This document shows, piece by piece, positions 36,401 through 50,170 of a DNA stretch of 64,000 nucleotides. The notes beneath the pieces were generated by a model, which saw only the letters and a list, made by a program, of their open reading frames with translations, searched no databases and was not told the DNA's origin. The stretch covers positions 1-64,000 of the forward strand of contig OZ237747.1 of NCBI GenBank assembly GCA_965178125.1, read 5' to 3'. The stretch comes from Bilabrum cf. latius (lineage: Eukaryota). The stretch's first letter is position 1. The number at the start of each line of letters is the position of its first letter. A program made the position numbers and the translations under genes.

Positions 36401-39400
36401 CGCGCCCGCGCCGGGCTCCACGGGCCTGCCCCCGCCCCCGTGGGAGGACCCGGACAGCATTTCCACTACTACTTCATCGGCGGCTCAGCGGGGAGCCCCG
36501 CTCCGGGGAGCATGCCGGGTCTTGGCATGTCCACGAGGAGCGGAGTGGACCCTGTTGCGGTGCAAACTGCGCTGGCAGCCCTCGGGAGCCCACGAGGACC
36601 GAGCCGTGCAGGGGTTGCCCAGGGGATGGCAGGTGGCACGCCGGCTAGCCCGCGCCCAATGAGGCGCGCTCCATCGAGGCCAGGCAGTTTGAGCCCGCGG
36701 GGACCGGTCGCTTCTGGCCGAAACAGCCCGAGCGGCAAGGTATTCACGATCCAGTTCCCAGGCTAGCGCGAGCAAGAGCACACTTCAAGACGTAAGCAAG
36801 GACGAGAGCTTAAGCGTGGGCAAGTGCAGCGGCAGGAGAAGGAGAAGGAAAAGGAAAAGGAGAAGGAGAAGGAACCTGCGGGTCAGATACAGGGAACGAT
36901 CCATCGTGCGGAGAGCAAGCACGATGAGAGCGACGGTGAAGATGCGGGGGATTGGACAAATTCTGACTCAGATGACGATGATCCAGACGGAAGCAAAGCT
37001 GCGAGGGCGATGGCCGAGCTGATCCGGAGAAGAGAGCAGGCGCTGCTTTCATCGGATAGCGACAGAAGGACGACACGGCCCATTAGGCCGCGCAAGAAAG
37101 GTGCGCGCGCCCCGCCCAAGCGCCAACTCGGGCAGCAGGCACGCTCTGCAGGGGGTGAGGCACCAAGAGGCCAGCAGCGCACGCGCGGCGGGGGTGTTCC
37201 GAGTCGGGCCCAGCAGCTGTAGCAGCCGAGTGCCGACACGCCACCCGGGGGAAGTCCACCGATCCCGCTCCCACCGCACTTGCGGCACCATGATGCTGCG
37301 AGCAGCCCGGCGGGCGCTCACGTGCCGCTGCCACGCGCATCTGGACGCCCCATCGCGAGCGCATCACCACGCAGCCACTCACACCAGGCCCCACCTCCAG
37401 GCATGGATCTGCATGCACTGCGACGGCTGGGCGCAAAGGGGCAGCAGCAGCGGTCTACTCCGAGCGAACAGGTGCTGGCGCTGCGGCAGGGCTTCAAGAG
37501 CGCTTACCGCGACAGGGCTACTGGTGGGGCCCCACAAGCAAAGCCCCAGCCGCATGCTTAGCAAGAGGCTGGGGCGAATCTTACCCCACCGCAGTCGGCT
37601 GCTGGGGAGGGACGGGTGCCGAAGGTGCTGCAGCAAGCTGCGCAGAGGCGGCAGCAGGAGGAGGAAATGCGGCGCAAGAGGCAGGAAGAGTAGCAGGCCG
37701 GAGGCAAGCCGATTAGCAAGCGCAGGGGTGGAGGCAGCAGCGAGGAAGAAGACGACGACGAGGACGGTGCAGGCGATGAAAGAAACGGCGGTGGAGCGGA
37801 GCCGGGGGGCGGCAAGAGCAGGAAAGCACATCAGACTCCAGAGAAGCGCAAGAGCTTGGCAGCGGCACTCGTGGCCGGGCTGGCCCAGTCGCTCGGAGCG
37901 GCCGAGCAGGAGGATCACGAGGAGGACTCCCCTGGGCTGCTTGCGAGGGCACGGGAGCATGGCGACAAGGCCCGGGAGAAGGCCGGCCGGTCCCGCAGTG
38001 TGGGCAAGAGCGCGATCAGCGTGTTTAAAGGCATAGCCAACCTGGTCGGTCTCCGCAAGAGCAAGACGCAGCGCGGGCCCCTGGGCAAGCAGCCCTGGAT
38101 GGATGAGCTGAAGGAGCGCTGGGACAGCGTGTCAGCCTGGGAGCACATTTCAGGGAACGTGCCGCCGGACTGCCTGGTCCCCGAGCCTGCCCCCCCGGTG
38201 CGTCCTGAGGGGCACATCAGGCTGGAGGGTGACGACGACGACGAAGACGAGGAGATGGGGCCAGGAGCAGGGGGCAGGGGGGGCTGGGGCGACAACGACT
38301 CGACCGCCACTGGCGGCTCCACAGCGAGTGCACGCCGGCAGCGCATTGGGCTCCCGGCGGTGGGCGTGAGCATTCCCATGCGACTTGATGTGGTGCCCAT
38401 GCCCGGGCTGGACGAGCGCAGGGAGCCCGTTCACTTCCCTGATGATTTGAGGAACACATGGCTGTACGGTGGCCAGCGGCCCAACCCCAAGCGCAAGGCA
38501 AGCGAGATCTAGGCCCAGGCCCAGGCGCAGGCAAGGGGTTACGGCATCGGTGGGGCGGTAGACCCGGATGACGACTTTGACCACGACCCTGGGTATGGAA
38601 GCGGCATCGCGGGGGGCCAGGGTGGGTCTGACGGAGGGCAGCAGGGGGGTGGTAAAGGTGGCGCGGTGCTGCCAGGTGCCACCAGCCGCGAGCGGGCGGC
38701 CTGGGCGCAGGCACACCAGGAGGAGGACGACCGCAGGCGCAGGCTCAGTCGCACCCGCAGCACTCGCGGGTCGCTGGCAGGTGACGCACACGAGTCGATG
38801 CTGCCGTCGGGTCAATCGGAGGCTGGGGCCGCCAGAGGCCGGCTGCACTCTGTTCCCGAGGGCGAGGAGGGGGAGGATGAAGAGGAGGAGCTGGACGAGG
38901 AGCGGGAAGCAGACGAGCCGGCCCACGTGGCTGGCCCATCGGCAGCAGGTCCATCGGCAGGCTATCGCGACACGGGGGAGGAGGAGCAGCATGGACACGG
39001 GCACGGGCATCGGCGGCGAGGATCCGCGGTCAAGCTGCGCAAGATGGGCATCGAACCGGGACTGCTGCCGGGGGAAGTACCCGCCCAGGCAGCGGCTGCC
39101 ACAGGGGGGCGCACGACTTCGAGTCCGAGGCGAGAGCAGGGGCCCGTGTAGCGTCGAGGAGGGACAGGGACAGGGACAGGGGCTGTCGCGCTGCCGTCAC
39201 AGGCACGGGCGGCAGAGCGTGCCAGTGCCAGTGGCTCAGGGAGGGGCAGGGGGGCGGACCGTGGAGTGGCCGGGCGAAAGGGGGAGGGGGAGTCATCGAT
39301 GGCGACACCAAGAGGCGAGGAGAGCCCTGCAGACACTGGCAGTGCGGGGGCTGATTACCCCGATCGTGACGGGGGCTCGTCTGTCAGGAGCGGAGCGGGC

Positions 39401-39442
39401 GGCCCACCCAGCCGTAAAGTTGCGAAATTGCTTGGAATTTGA
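33437..39442 (+). CDS. Very large (~2000 aa) low-complexity, disordered/coiled-coil hypothetical protein
   Basis: Ten supplied ORFs share one frame and are separated only by TAG; no TAA/TGA until 39440. TAG contexts include EVKQEE*QEKQ and EI*AQAQAQ. Confidence 0.75.
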
Positions 39443-39485
39443 TGCATAATGGAGCCTACAGGACAAATTCACAGGCTACACTGCA

Positions 39486-40102
39486 TCAATCAGACCCTTC
39501 CTTCTTCATGGTGCCCTCTTTCTTGCCCTCGACCGCGCCAGTGCCTGGTGGCCAGGTGAGCTGCTGCCCCCCGATCACGTGGATATGCAGATGGCCCACA
39601 CTCTGGCAGCCGTGCTCACCGTCGTTGATGACCACGCGATACCCAGAGTCAATGATACCTTCCGCTTTCGCGACTTCAGGAACTGCTAGCATGAGCTGCC
39701 CCAAAACTTCGGCGTGCCGCTCGGCTGCGGTACAAGCAGGCAGGTAGGTCAGGATGCTGATGCAGTCATACCCGTTGCGACTGGCCAGCACGAATATACA
39801 AGTACATCTGCACATAGACTCACTTGCTTTGGAAAGACCAGTGAGGCCATCACGCTTCTTAGGGATGATCAGTACGTGATTTTTTGCTACCGCGCTGATG
39901 TCTCGAAATGCGTACACCCAGTCATTATCGAAGACTTTGGTTGAGGGAATTTCACCGTTCAAGATTTTGTCAAACACTGTCGCTGGGCCGCCATCCGAAG
40001 CTGCTGGGTACGGGCAAGCAATGTGAAATGATTGTTCGTGAGGATTTCATTCGCGTCTGCTATCACACTCGTCGTGACCTTACACTTTGCTACAGCTGCC
40101 AT
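39486..40102 (-). CDS. HINT1: Histidine triad nucleotide-binding protein (HINT family)
   Basis: TVFDKILNGEIP, AFRDI...A..HVLIIPK, GYRVVINDG..GCQSVGHLHIHVIGG..WPPG; two GT-AG introns; no TAG. Confidence 0.9.
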
Positions 40103-40264
40103 GAGTCTAGTTGACAATGTCTGTCGAATCGCTACCGCAGATCGGCGGCAGACAGTCCTGAATCTATGCATGCAACGGTGGCAACGAAAATCTTTTCTGC
40201 GCGCCTGGAATGAAGATGAAGACCGTACGACGATTCTATCGAAATCAAACGGATATTTTTCGTA

Positions 40265-40984
40265 ATGGCAGGCCTGCATGCAGCAAATAAATTGTTGCTA
40301 GCAGCAGCTGCAGATGGGAATCTTGACGAGGTGCAACGCTTAGTGAAGCTGGATGGAGCCAGCGCAAATTCTTCAGATCCAAGCGGGACCACTGCACTCC
40401 ACGCGGCCGCAATGACCGATGACTAGGACCTCGCATCCCTCTTGATTGATCTAGGAGCATCGGTGGAAGCTCGTGAATGCCCCGAATTGGGTGGACATAC
40501 GCCCTTGCTGACAGCTGTCCTGCAGGGGGCCGAGAGCGTTGCCGAGGTGCTCCTCGAAGCCGGGGCTGCTCCAGATGCGCCCGAGGCAGGAAGCAGGATG
40601 ACCCCCTTGCACCACTGCGCTCGGTTGTCAGATAGGCCGCAGTCAATTGCCATAGCCCGGCTGCTGCTTGAAGGGGGTGCCGACGCGGATGCGCTGGATG
40701 CCGCGGGCTGCAACCCGTCGTTCTATGCCCGCAAGGCTGCCGGGAGGACCATGCCGGGGGCCGCTGGCAGTGGCACAGATAGTGAAGGCGTGATAGTCAC
40801 TGAAGCCAGCGGTGGCGCGGCATTCCTCTCCCTGGAAGGAGTGGCGCTGCCCCGAGCGCCCTCGGTGGAGGAGAAGCACACGGGGCTGTCAATGCGGCTG
40901 CAGGCTCAGATGGCGCTCGGGGTCAAGCCAGGGAAGGGGCCGCCCGGCGGGAAGAAGAAAAAGAAGAAAGGCAAGAAGAAGTGA
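40265..40984 (+). CDS. Ankyrin-repeat protein with poly-Lys tail
   Basis: AAADGNLDEV, GTTALHAAA, GHTPLLTAV, MTPLHHCA; TAG at 40424 inside an ankyrin repeat. Confidence 0.88.
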
Positions 40985-41102
40985 TTCAACATACCATCGA
41001 TTCTAGGTCAAAACAACAGCGGCAGCGCTTCGCCAGTGCACAAGCAGCCCCCTAGTCCACCGATCCCACGGTGCACGCAACCCATTTTTCCTACCTTTCA
41101 CC

Positions 41103-42044
41103 TCACCCCCTGGCGCCTGTTTTTCGCTGCGGAACCGACCCGGACGTGCCTCTTCGAGCCAACGGTGATCCACTGCTCCCAACTGCCAGCCCGCCCGCCG
41201 CCTTGCCCAGCGGAGAGCCCGAGGAGCCCGTGCGCACCGCCGCGCCCGCTCGCGGGCTGCCGCTGCCGCTGCCGCTGCCGCTGCCCGCCCGAGAGTGCGC
41301 AGTGAGAGTGGCGCGGCGGCCCCGCCCCGCTGATGCATCCCCCGATGCCGAATTTGCTGCCCTATGAATCACCTCCACCAGCGAGCTGACGGGAGACTGG
41401 CCCCCCGGCTTGAGCCCCATCTCCGCCGCCAGCTCGTCCATCTCGTCCTCCTTGAGCGGGAGGGCGAAGCTCGTCATGAGCTGCCGAATGCGACCGTGGT
41501 CCATCATGGCGAGAGTGGCTGGTTTGTTTCCAGGAGCCAGCACAGCCAACGCGCTCATCATTTCAAATTCATCCAGCGGGGGGTCGGACGCGCACCGGGC
41601 CGTGACCTCAACGGCAACTCGAAGCGGGACTCGCATCTCTGCGACCGCTTCCATGGACGTATCCAATGGCCTCAAATTCTCTAGTGCACATAGACCTTGA
41701 ACCTACTAGCTAGTGCGGTCGTGGCCAAGATGTCTCAACAACTTGACAAGGCCAAACAACGAGATGCCTTCGCCGCCACCATCCTCTGCTTCCACCTCCA
41801 CGTCGAGGCCTTCCGACCGCTGCTGGTCGAGGATGTCTTTAAAGCACTTCTCTACCTTTTCCGTGTCTTCATCACCCAGTGGTCTCTTTAAAGGGCGGCC
41901 ACGCCGTCGACCTGCACGAGGCGTCCCGGTCTTTTCCAAAAGGCTGCCATGGCTGCTTCCGCGCTCTAGTGCAAGCGGCTGTGGCACACCTTTCCTAGAT
42001 TTAGGAAATCTGGCTGTGCTTGCTCGCTGCAATGGACTGGCCAT
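41103..42044 (-). CDS. Divergent calmodulin/myosin light chain-like EF-hand protein
   Basis: EKVEKCFK, LVKLLRHLGHDRTS**VQGL (tandem TAG-TAG at 41703-41708), IRQLMTSFALPLKEDEMDELA. Confidence 0.55.
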
Positions 42045-42154
42045 TTGAGAATTGATGGCCCAGAAACCGAGATCCACAATATCTGTATTTTTTATTTGTA
42101 GCGTTCTATATTACGCATCGACCCGTGGACCAAGCGAGTACTATAAAGCGGAGG

Positions 42155-43285
42155 ATGTGGTCTAGTTTGTGTGTTTTCTCTGCTGCCATACTTGCCGCAT
42201 CGGCGGTACCTTTGTATAAGCAGTGCGATCGAAGGTGGGGAAGCAATTTTATGGGAGTTGTTGGTAAAGTTCGTGAAGACGATACTATTTGCGATCAAGG
42301 CTGTGCGATGTCGAGCGTATCCATGGCTCTGGCGTCGCTTGGCGTTACAATAGACAACAATGCTGTGAACCCAGGGAGCTTGAATGACTGGCTACGTTCC
42401 AATGCTGGATACGTGTGTATCGATGATGATTGCTGCAACCTCGTGCTTGACGCTCCCTCCAGAATTCCAGGTTCCCCTCTGCGGCTGATCGGAGAAAAGC
42501 CCAAACCTGATGCCACGACAATTTAGCGGGAGCTTCTATCCGGGAAAACCGTATTTGTGGCTCACGTGCGCAACAACAGCCACTTCGTTTTGGTGACGGG
42601 TGCCAAGTCTGCGACCGTTTTTGAGGTAAACGATCCGTTCTATAACCAGACAACGTACAAGTATAGCGATATTTCCGACATGATCATGTACTCGGTTGCG
42701 GGTACCGGGCTGGGTAGCCTGCGGGGTGGTCGTCCGAGCGTAGTGTCCGACGCCCCACCGCTTGGCACATCTGTGATCCCTTACCCGATGCCTCTGTGGA
42801 AGCAGTGCGACCCTCGGTGGGGCGACGACTTGATCGTCTCACAGACTGTCTGCTAGGTGGGTTGCCTGATGAGCTCCACCTCTATGGCTCTGGATGGCCA
42901 CAAAATCAGGATCAACAACGGCACGGGGAGCTACACAGCCACGCCCGGCTCGCTCAACACTTGGCTCAAGGCAAACGGAGGCTACACGCAGGGCAACGAC
43001 ATGGAGGAGAGCGTGGTGCCCCACGTGGATCCCAGCCGGGTGCAGTGGCCTGCTGACGGCATGCACCGCACGAATGACTTGAGCCCAGCGCAGGTGCAGG
43101 CCATGCTCAAGGCGGGCCGACCCGTGATCGCCAACGTGATGCACGGTGAGCATTTCGTCCTGGTCGTGGGCTGGGACGCAGAGAACGAGGACACCCTGGT
43201 GGTGAATGACCCGGGGTTCGACCGACACACCTACTCGTTCAGCAAAGACGTCGTGGGATGGAGGCTCTTCGACATGAAGTTCTGA
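42155..43285 (+). CDS. Secreted protein with two tandem peptidase C39-like domains
   Basis: Signal peptide; duplicated PLxKQCDxRWG..TxCxxGCxMSSxSMAL..PGSLNxWL..HFVLVxG..VNDP. TAG at 42524 and 42854. Confidence 0.85.
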
Positions 43286-43350
43286 TCGAGTGTTGCTGCG
43301 AGGGGTGCGGGGATTCGCGTATGCGGGGCGCAGGGAGCTGGGTGGAGCAG

Positions 43351-43500
43351 AGAGAGCTGTAGGGAGGTTGGGGGAGGGGGGAGAGGGAGAGCTGTGGGGA
43401 GGTTGGGGGAGGGGGGAGAGGGAGAGCTGTGGGGAGGTTGGGGGGGGGGGGGAGAGGGAGAGCTGTGGGGAGGTTGGGGGAGGGGGGAGAGGGAGAGCTG
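43351..43500 (+). repeat. G-rich ~35-bp minisatellite (about 4 copies), G-quadruplex-prone
   Basis: GAGAGCTGTGGGGAGGTTGGGGGAGGGGGGAGAGG repeated between convergent genes. Confidence 0.9.
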
Positions 43501-43618
43501 GCAGCAGCCTGTCTGTGTTTCGGCCTCTGCGTTTTGCGATGCCTATCACGATCACGATGCTGGGTCCCCTTGCTTTTGCGTGGTGTGCATGAGACGATGG
43601 CTTTGTGCTTTTCATGTA

Positions 43619-44468
43619 TCAGTCCTCTGCTAGCAGTCGCGCAATGGCAGCGTCAACCACTGCCCGGTGGGTTCTTGGAGTCAAGCCACCGACGTTGTCA
43701 CCTTGTGGAACATCGGCTTGAACCCCTGCCAGTGGGGCGGGCAACCTAGTGCCAGCCGCTGGCATATGGTGCCCCGGCGGCGCACCAGCACCGAACCCTG
43801 GCATGAACACCTATGCACCGCTGTATCCAGCCGGATGCACGCCTGCCGATGCCTAATGGATTGACCGCACGCCGCTGGATCCGACCATGCCTTGCACAGG
43901 CCCCACCTCCGTTTGGCCCTGTTGCGCGCGAACGGGCGGCTACATGTCGCCTCCCATTCCAAAATCCCCGTGGCTTCGCGCACCTTTTGCGTATGACGAT
44001 ATTCTCTCGAGACTCTCTGGTTTTGAACTTGGCTGCTGACTGCCGACAGCAGGCAGCTCCCGCTCGCCAACGCCGTCACGTTCTGTTCGCTTGGAGGACT
44101 TGCTCTTTCTTTTCCGCTTCTTATCACTGCGAGTCAGCAAATTGTGTTCGAGGTTTTGGCATGTATTCGCGGCAGAATCCGAAACGGTGCGTGCAGATAC
44201 GGAACAGAGCACCTTACACTCGTCGCTTTGCTGCTGCTCCCGCGTATTCTTCTCTTCGGTACAATTCTTCAGCCAAGTAGTCTGCAAACTAGGATTGCAT
44301 TTCTGCCCTTGTCTTTTCCATGGCAGCACCAAGTTCAAAGATTGCAGACTTTGGGGGCGGCAGGGTTGCTTCCAGCTCGTCTCTGTTTGCTGGCTCAGCA
44401 CCACTTGCCCCCGTATCTGACCCAGAGTCAGAGCCAGAACCACTTGATAAGTCTTCACTGTCAGACAT
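43619..44468 (-). CDS. Hypothetical protein (2 exons)
   Basis: MSDSEDLSSG...; putative intron ~44128-44216 (GTAAGG..CAG) joins ORFs 44289-44522, 43940-44458 and 43619-43810 via TAGs; TGA stop. Confidence 0.55.
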
Positions 44469-44647
44469 GTATATTTTGCTGTCGGTGGGGGGATGCGTTT
44501 GACGTGTTTGGAATTCGATCAAACGGCCATCTAGTTGCGAGCACTTTTGACTGTCTTCTCGAATCGATCCGATCTGTCCGTCTGTCCTTCCTCAGGCGAG
44601 GAGGATGTCCATTCACAGGCATGCTTCACAGCGAATAAGGTCGTACA

Positions 44648-46892
44648 TCACTGGATCCAGGGCCTCCAAGCGTTGTATGGCTGCGAGGTGTTGCCCCGAG
44701 CGCACTTGGCGCACCAGTAGTCGGACCCTTGGAATGGAGGCTCCCACTGCATGGGGGTCACCATCTCGCGCGAGTGGGCCGCCAGACGGTCCAGTAGCTC
44801 CTGGTGGATGCTCTGCATGCCCGGATTGTTGATCAAATTGGAGCGTTCGTTGGGATCGGCCGTCAGGTTGTACAGGTACTGCTGCCCCGTGGGCGCGTGC
44901 TTGCCCGCGTCCCAGCACTCGGTGAGCAGCTTCATGGCCCCGATGCGCAGAGCTGCCTTGGGCTTGCCCGCCTGGCCATCATCGCACAGGGGGTTGATGT
45001 TGTAGAGCATCTCAGTGCGGGTACGCGGGCCATCAGGGGTGGCGATGTCGGCCCACACGTTGTGCCCGCTGAATCCGGGCTTGACCGGGCTGGGGTCACC
45101 TGCCAGCGAGAGGACGGTGGGAAGCAGGTCAGTGACGTGGACCAGTCGGTCCGACTGTCGCCCCGGCTGCTGGATGCGCCCCGGGGCCCACACGATGGCT
45201 GGCACGTTGGTGCCGCCCTCCCACAGCTGCGTCTTCCACCCCTTCTTGCTGCGGTGATAGGCGGGAGGAGGGGTTCATGTAGGGGGGAACAGATGTGAGC
45301 GGTACAGTTGACCATGCGGGGCGTTCTGCATGGTGCGAGGGTACCTCACGGGTAGTTGCGGTGCGAAAGGTACATGTTGTCAGGGCCTGCGTCGAGGGAG
45401 CGAGACAGCGACAAGGGGAGTAGACATTTAATACTAGACTGCCTGGTTCTATGCCAAGGCATGCTGGCTTGAGTAACGCGGAGGGGTGGGGGGGGGGGGG
45501 GGGGTTGAAACAGAGGGTGAGTTTCGTCGCAGTGCGTGTGCTCACCAGTCTTGGTATCAGCCGTGGGCGGCGCCCCGTTGTCAGAGGCGATGATCACGAC
45601 CGTGTCCTCCGCCTGGCCGCTGGCTCGCACCGCGTCCATCACCGCCCCGATGGCGGCATCCGCAGCGCTGATCATGCCGCAGAGCACCTGCAGGTGCGGG
45701 TCGTTCTCGAGTTCGGGATACAGCTCTGCCCACTTGGCAGGCACCTCGATGGGGCCGTGCACGTTCTGCAGCGGGAGGTACATGTACCACGGGTCAGCGT
45801 CTGTGCCAACCGAGGCGGCCTCGTTGGCCTTGGCGCCCTGCTGGTGGATGAAGCTCGTGGCGTGGTCCTGCAGGAGGGTCAGCGAGTACGTGCCCTTGGC
45901 GCTGATGTCGATGTCCATGTCCTTGTACCAGTCGTACCCCATGCCCTGGGTGGCATTCGGGTTCCACGGAGGGCTTGGATCATCGGAGGTCGCCTCTGCC
46001 TCTGCCTCTGCCTCGGGCCAAGATCGGATGGGGCCTTCGGGGGCGTCGACTGGGGGTTTCGGCGGTGGAATGTACGCAGAGCAGTTGCTCGAGATGTGGG
46101 TGTAGTAGCTGCCGCAGCCCTGCGAGTACCCGGCCCACTGCGTGAATCCGCGACTTGGGGGGAGGGCCCGCGGGGAGAACATGCCCAGGTGCCTGCGGTG
46201 TGAGGAGGTGCAGGGCAGGGGGGGCACAGGGAGGGGGTGCCAGAGTCTATGCAAGGAAGAATAAAAGTGACGGACATGTGGCTGCGGTCAAGCTTGGAGG
46301 AAACAAACCGCCTGTCCGTGCCTCACCACTTGCCAAACATTGGGCGCTCCTTGTATCCCATCGGCTCGAGCCACTCGGGGAAGAACTTGGCCTCGGAGGT
46401 GTTGGGCCCGAGGAAGGGTGCCCATGGAGTATCCCAATAGATGACATTGGATTGAGTCCCGATCTTGGTCGGGTATTGGCCAGCCATGAGGGCCGACCGT
46501 GTGGGGGAGCAGATCGGCTACGTGTAGTAGTGCATTAGAGTCACCCCTTCATCCGCGACGCGCTGCACGTTGGGGGTAACCAGATGTCTCGATGAGTTGT
46601 ACGGGGATAGCTCATTGAATCCCATGTCGTCGATCAGGATGTGCAGTCTGCGATGCAAGGGTCGGACAGTGCAACGAAACGAGCCTTGCGTGCGACGCGT
46701 GTTCCATCGGCACCAAATGCTCTCATGGACAACTGTATCGGACAAGCGAGGATCATGAGCAACATTATATAACTTGATGGAGCAGCACCCTTCGCTTGGT
46801 GCACGTTGCCGTTCTCCTTACATGTTCGGCTTGCGCGCCAACGCGCCTCCCGCGACTAGAGCGCTTGCAACTAGCGTTGCAACAGTTTTCAT
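44648..46892 (-). CDS. Secreted arylsulfatase (ARSB/I/J-like), multi-exon
   Basis: Signal peptide; KPNILHILIDDMG; sulfatase signature YYT*PICSPTRSALM (CxPxR, TAG at 46518); FGKWHLG; QNVHGP; ASDNG; LWEGG; LYNLTADPNE. Confidence 0.93.
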
Positions 46893-47085
46893 AGTTTCGC
46901 ACACAGTATAGTAAGAGCAGTCCTGCGAGTTTTCTGGATGGATCTTTCTGTGATGAGCTTGGTGGCGCGCAGAAACTAGTGGATAGCCCGGCGGGCCGTC
47001 GTCATCACAGCAGGGGAGGCCAGCCGGGCCAAGCATTAAATCTGCACGAGTGTGCAAAACATGACCTGCAAATCATAAGGATACT

Positions 47086-50073
47086 ATGAAGCAAACGACG
47101 ACCCTGATATGCACTGCGGTCCTCGTGCTCATCCTCGAAGCGAGGTTTGCAGTCCCTGCGACGGCTCTCCCACCGCAAAGTGCCCAGCGACAAGCTAGCC
47201 AGAATAGTGTGGCAACTCACCATGCACTAGTTGAGTTGTACCCTAGCAACACGTCTGAATCGTCTGACGACCCTTCACAGGACGATCACGTGTTCCTGTA
47301 GTCATCTGCGTGGAACCAGGCTGCCGCCGGCCTGGGCCTTGGCCCAGACATGTTCATTTAGCCGCTTGTCAGTGGTATGCTGCCGGGATCGGTATAGGAT
47401 TTCATCCAGAAGCTCGGCAACTGGCTTGCCACGACAGTGCCAGCCAGGCTCACCGGTTTCTTAACTGGGCAGGGAGACGAGCACAGGCCCATTGCTATTA
47501 TTTGGATGATCATTGACATCGTGCTGATGATTCTCCAAATGATGTACGATATCACGGTTATGGCGGTCCGTCTGAAACAGCAGATAATCGACATTTTGCT
47601 CAAGCTGCGAAGGGCGGCCATCCTCATGAGGGCTGCGGCTAAACAGGCCTAGTTGCGAGCCGAGGCAGAGGCTCAACTCGCAGTAGATGCCCCCCGGCCT
47701 GGGTTCCCCGGCAGTAAACCGTCTGGAGCGCCCGAGGGGGGTTATCCCGACGGCGAAGCCCCCTCGTTGGGCGCGGACGCCCGCGATGCAGCAGCAGCAG
47801 GGCAGGCCCAGAGCGAGGACCCCCTCGCTGCCCGCGCCCGTGGGGCGCTCCAGAACGCAGCAGAGGCAGCGCTAGCCGCCAAGGCGCTCGGCTCTGCTCG
47901 ATCGCTCGGGGACCTCGCCGCAAGCGCGCGGCAGAGCTCCTCGGCAGCGCGTGCCGTGGCAGCCGCGGTCCAGTCCAAGGCCGTCTCCCCCGCGCTCAAG
48001 AGACAGCTGCATGCTGCCTCGCAGGGCAGTCGGGAGGCAGCCAGCCAGGCCGAGGGACTGGCAAAGAGCCTGCAGCAGGCGGCAGATGCGCTGGGCCAGG
48101 AGGCGGATGCGGCCGTGCTGCAGGCGAGGCACGCAGCGGGGGCGCTGGCTGGCAGCCGGCCGCTGGGAGGCGACCCGGAGGACTTGCTCAGGGCGCTGGC
48201 TGGGCAGGAGGGCGGTGATGGAGAGATGGGGGTGGAGGATCGGGGGAGGGGTGGGCCGTTGGACGGGGCTGCTGGAGGTTCTGCTGGTGGGGTGGATGGC
48301 GCTGGGGACGGTCGGCTGGTTGAGACCTAGGCAGACCCGTGGGCGAGTCTGATTGGAGCGGGAGACCTGGCGGGGGACACAAGGGAGGTGCAGAGGGATG
48401 CAGCAATCGTTCCTGTGTTGAGGGCTCACGGGGACCGCGAGGATGGCGTGCTGCTGCTGCTGCAGGGACGAGGTGTAGAAGCAGGCGCTGGTCCGGTGGG
48501 AGGTGGGGAAAGCCACAATGGTTGGGGCGAACCTGCACCCACTCCAGTGCGCGTCGATGATGGAGATGCGCGGGGATCTGCGGCGAGTGCATCGCTGTTG
48601 CTGCTGGAACAGCAGGCCAGCGCCAGGCCTGTGTTGCTGGATGCGGTGCTGAGGCTGAGATCTGCAGCCCAGGACATGCAGGAGACCCATGACCGTGTGG
48701 TGGTGCACCATGGGCTGCAGGCACCTAGTGCCGAGTAGGAGGCTCAAGTATCGGATCAAAGGGGCGAAGGAGAGTAGCTTCCATCGATAGGAGGCCACTC
48801 TGGGTGGAGGCAGAGTCGGGGCATGGCGCGGGGGAGCCCCTGGACCCCGTGGAGGAGGCAGCGGCGCGAGGGCCCCGCCAGCCAGGGGCCCAGTGCTCGT
48901 GAGAGTGACAAGAGCGTGCCAGCTTAGGGTATGGGGCAGGCAGTGCTGCCGAGCGAGTCTCTCCTGCAGACCACTGCAGGCGCGAGCAAGCCCTTTTTGT
49001 TCCCCAAGATGGAGGACCTTGAAGAGTACGGCGCGATGGGCGCCATGCAGCGGGCCATGGTTGACTCGATGGTGCACACACTCACTGCCTCCGTGGGTGC
49101 GGACGTCACCGCAAAGGCCTCCCGCGCGCTGCATGCAGGCGTGGTCGAGCACACAGGAAGGGAGGTCGCAGTTCGACTGGGCGAGGCTGTCGCGGCATCA
49201 GGGGCGGCGGGGGTGGCTCCCGCGGCGGAGGCAGCTGTGCTTTACGGCGGCGCCTCCGGTCTGCTCCGAAGTGCGACCCCGGCCGTGGTGCAGCGTGCCT
49301 CCAGAGTGTTGCTGGACCGGCTGGCAGCACGCCTGTCGGGGGCCGTGGCCCGCAGCACCAGCGAGGTGCTCTTTGGATCGGAGCGCATGGCTGAGGGGAG
49401 AGTGGCTGACACCCCGGGGGGGGCTGATGTGCCGGGGGGCGCTGCAGGGAGGCTGGCGAGGAGCTTCCTGGCGCGTGTGATGGGGGGCGTGGCCAGCGAT
49501 GGATGGTCTGAGAGCGGGGAGCTAGATATGGCGGCGCAGGGGATGCCACACAGCGCCCCAGCCTCGCCAAGCACACGATGTGCGGGATGCTTGGCCAGCA
49601 GCTGGATGCGCGGGGAGGCACGGCACTGGAGCGGGCCACGGGCTGTGTCGGCCGATGCCCAGCAGGACGCTAGAGACGTTGTGGGGCAAGACGGCAGCAA
49701 TCAGGAGGAGAAGAGGCAGGGCAACAGGAAGGCACTCAACTTGCTGGGCACTGCCGAGTGCAGGCGGGTGTGCGCGGCGGCCTCAAATTCGACATCGCCT
49801 GGCTTGGAGCATGCCGTGCTGAGCGGCATGCTGAGTGGTGACGCGAGCTGGGCTAGCGCTGGGCAAGAGGGGGCCGCACTGCGGAGAGAGGTCCTGCGAA
49901 GGGCCATGGCAGCCGTGGCCACGACGGATGGCCGCATGCCGCCCGCATCAGGACCCAGGGTGGGCCCGGATGCCGTGGCCTTGCTGTGGGCGCATGCCGC
50001 GATTGAGGGCAGTGATACTAGGACCATTCCTACGGAGGTTTCCTGGGGCAGCGAGAGCGGGGCTGGCGGATGA
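47086..50073 (+). CDS. Secreted/membrane Ala-Gly-rich hypothetical protein (~995 aa)
   Basis: Signal peptide; single frame through several TAGs (e.g. 47299, 47359, 47650, 48328, 48736, 48925); TGA stop. Confidence 0.7.
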
Positions 50074-50170
50074 AACAAGGCGAAGGCAAGCGGGCCAGCC
50101 AGCCTCCGATGCAACTCGGAATACTCCAGGCCTAGATTTACGCCCGCGCAGCGCCATAGTCAAGTGTACG

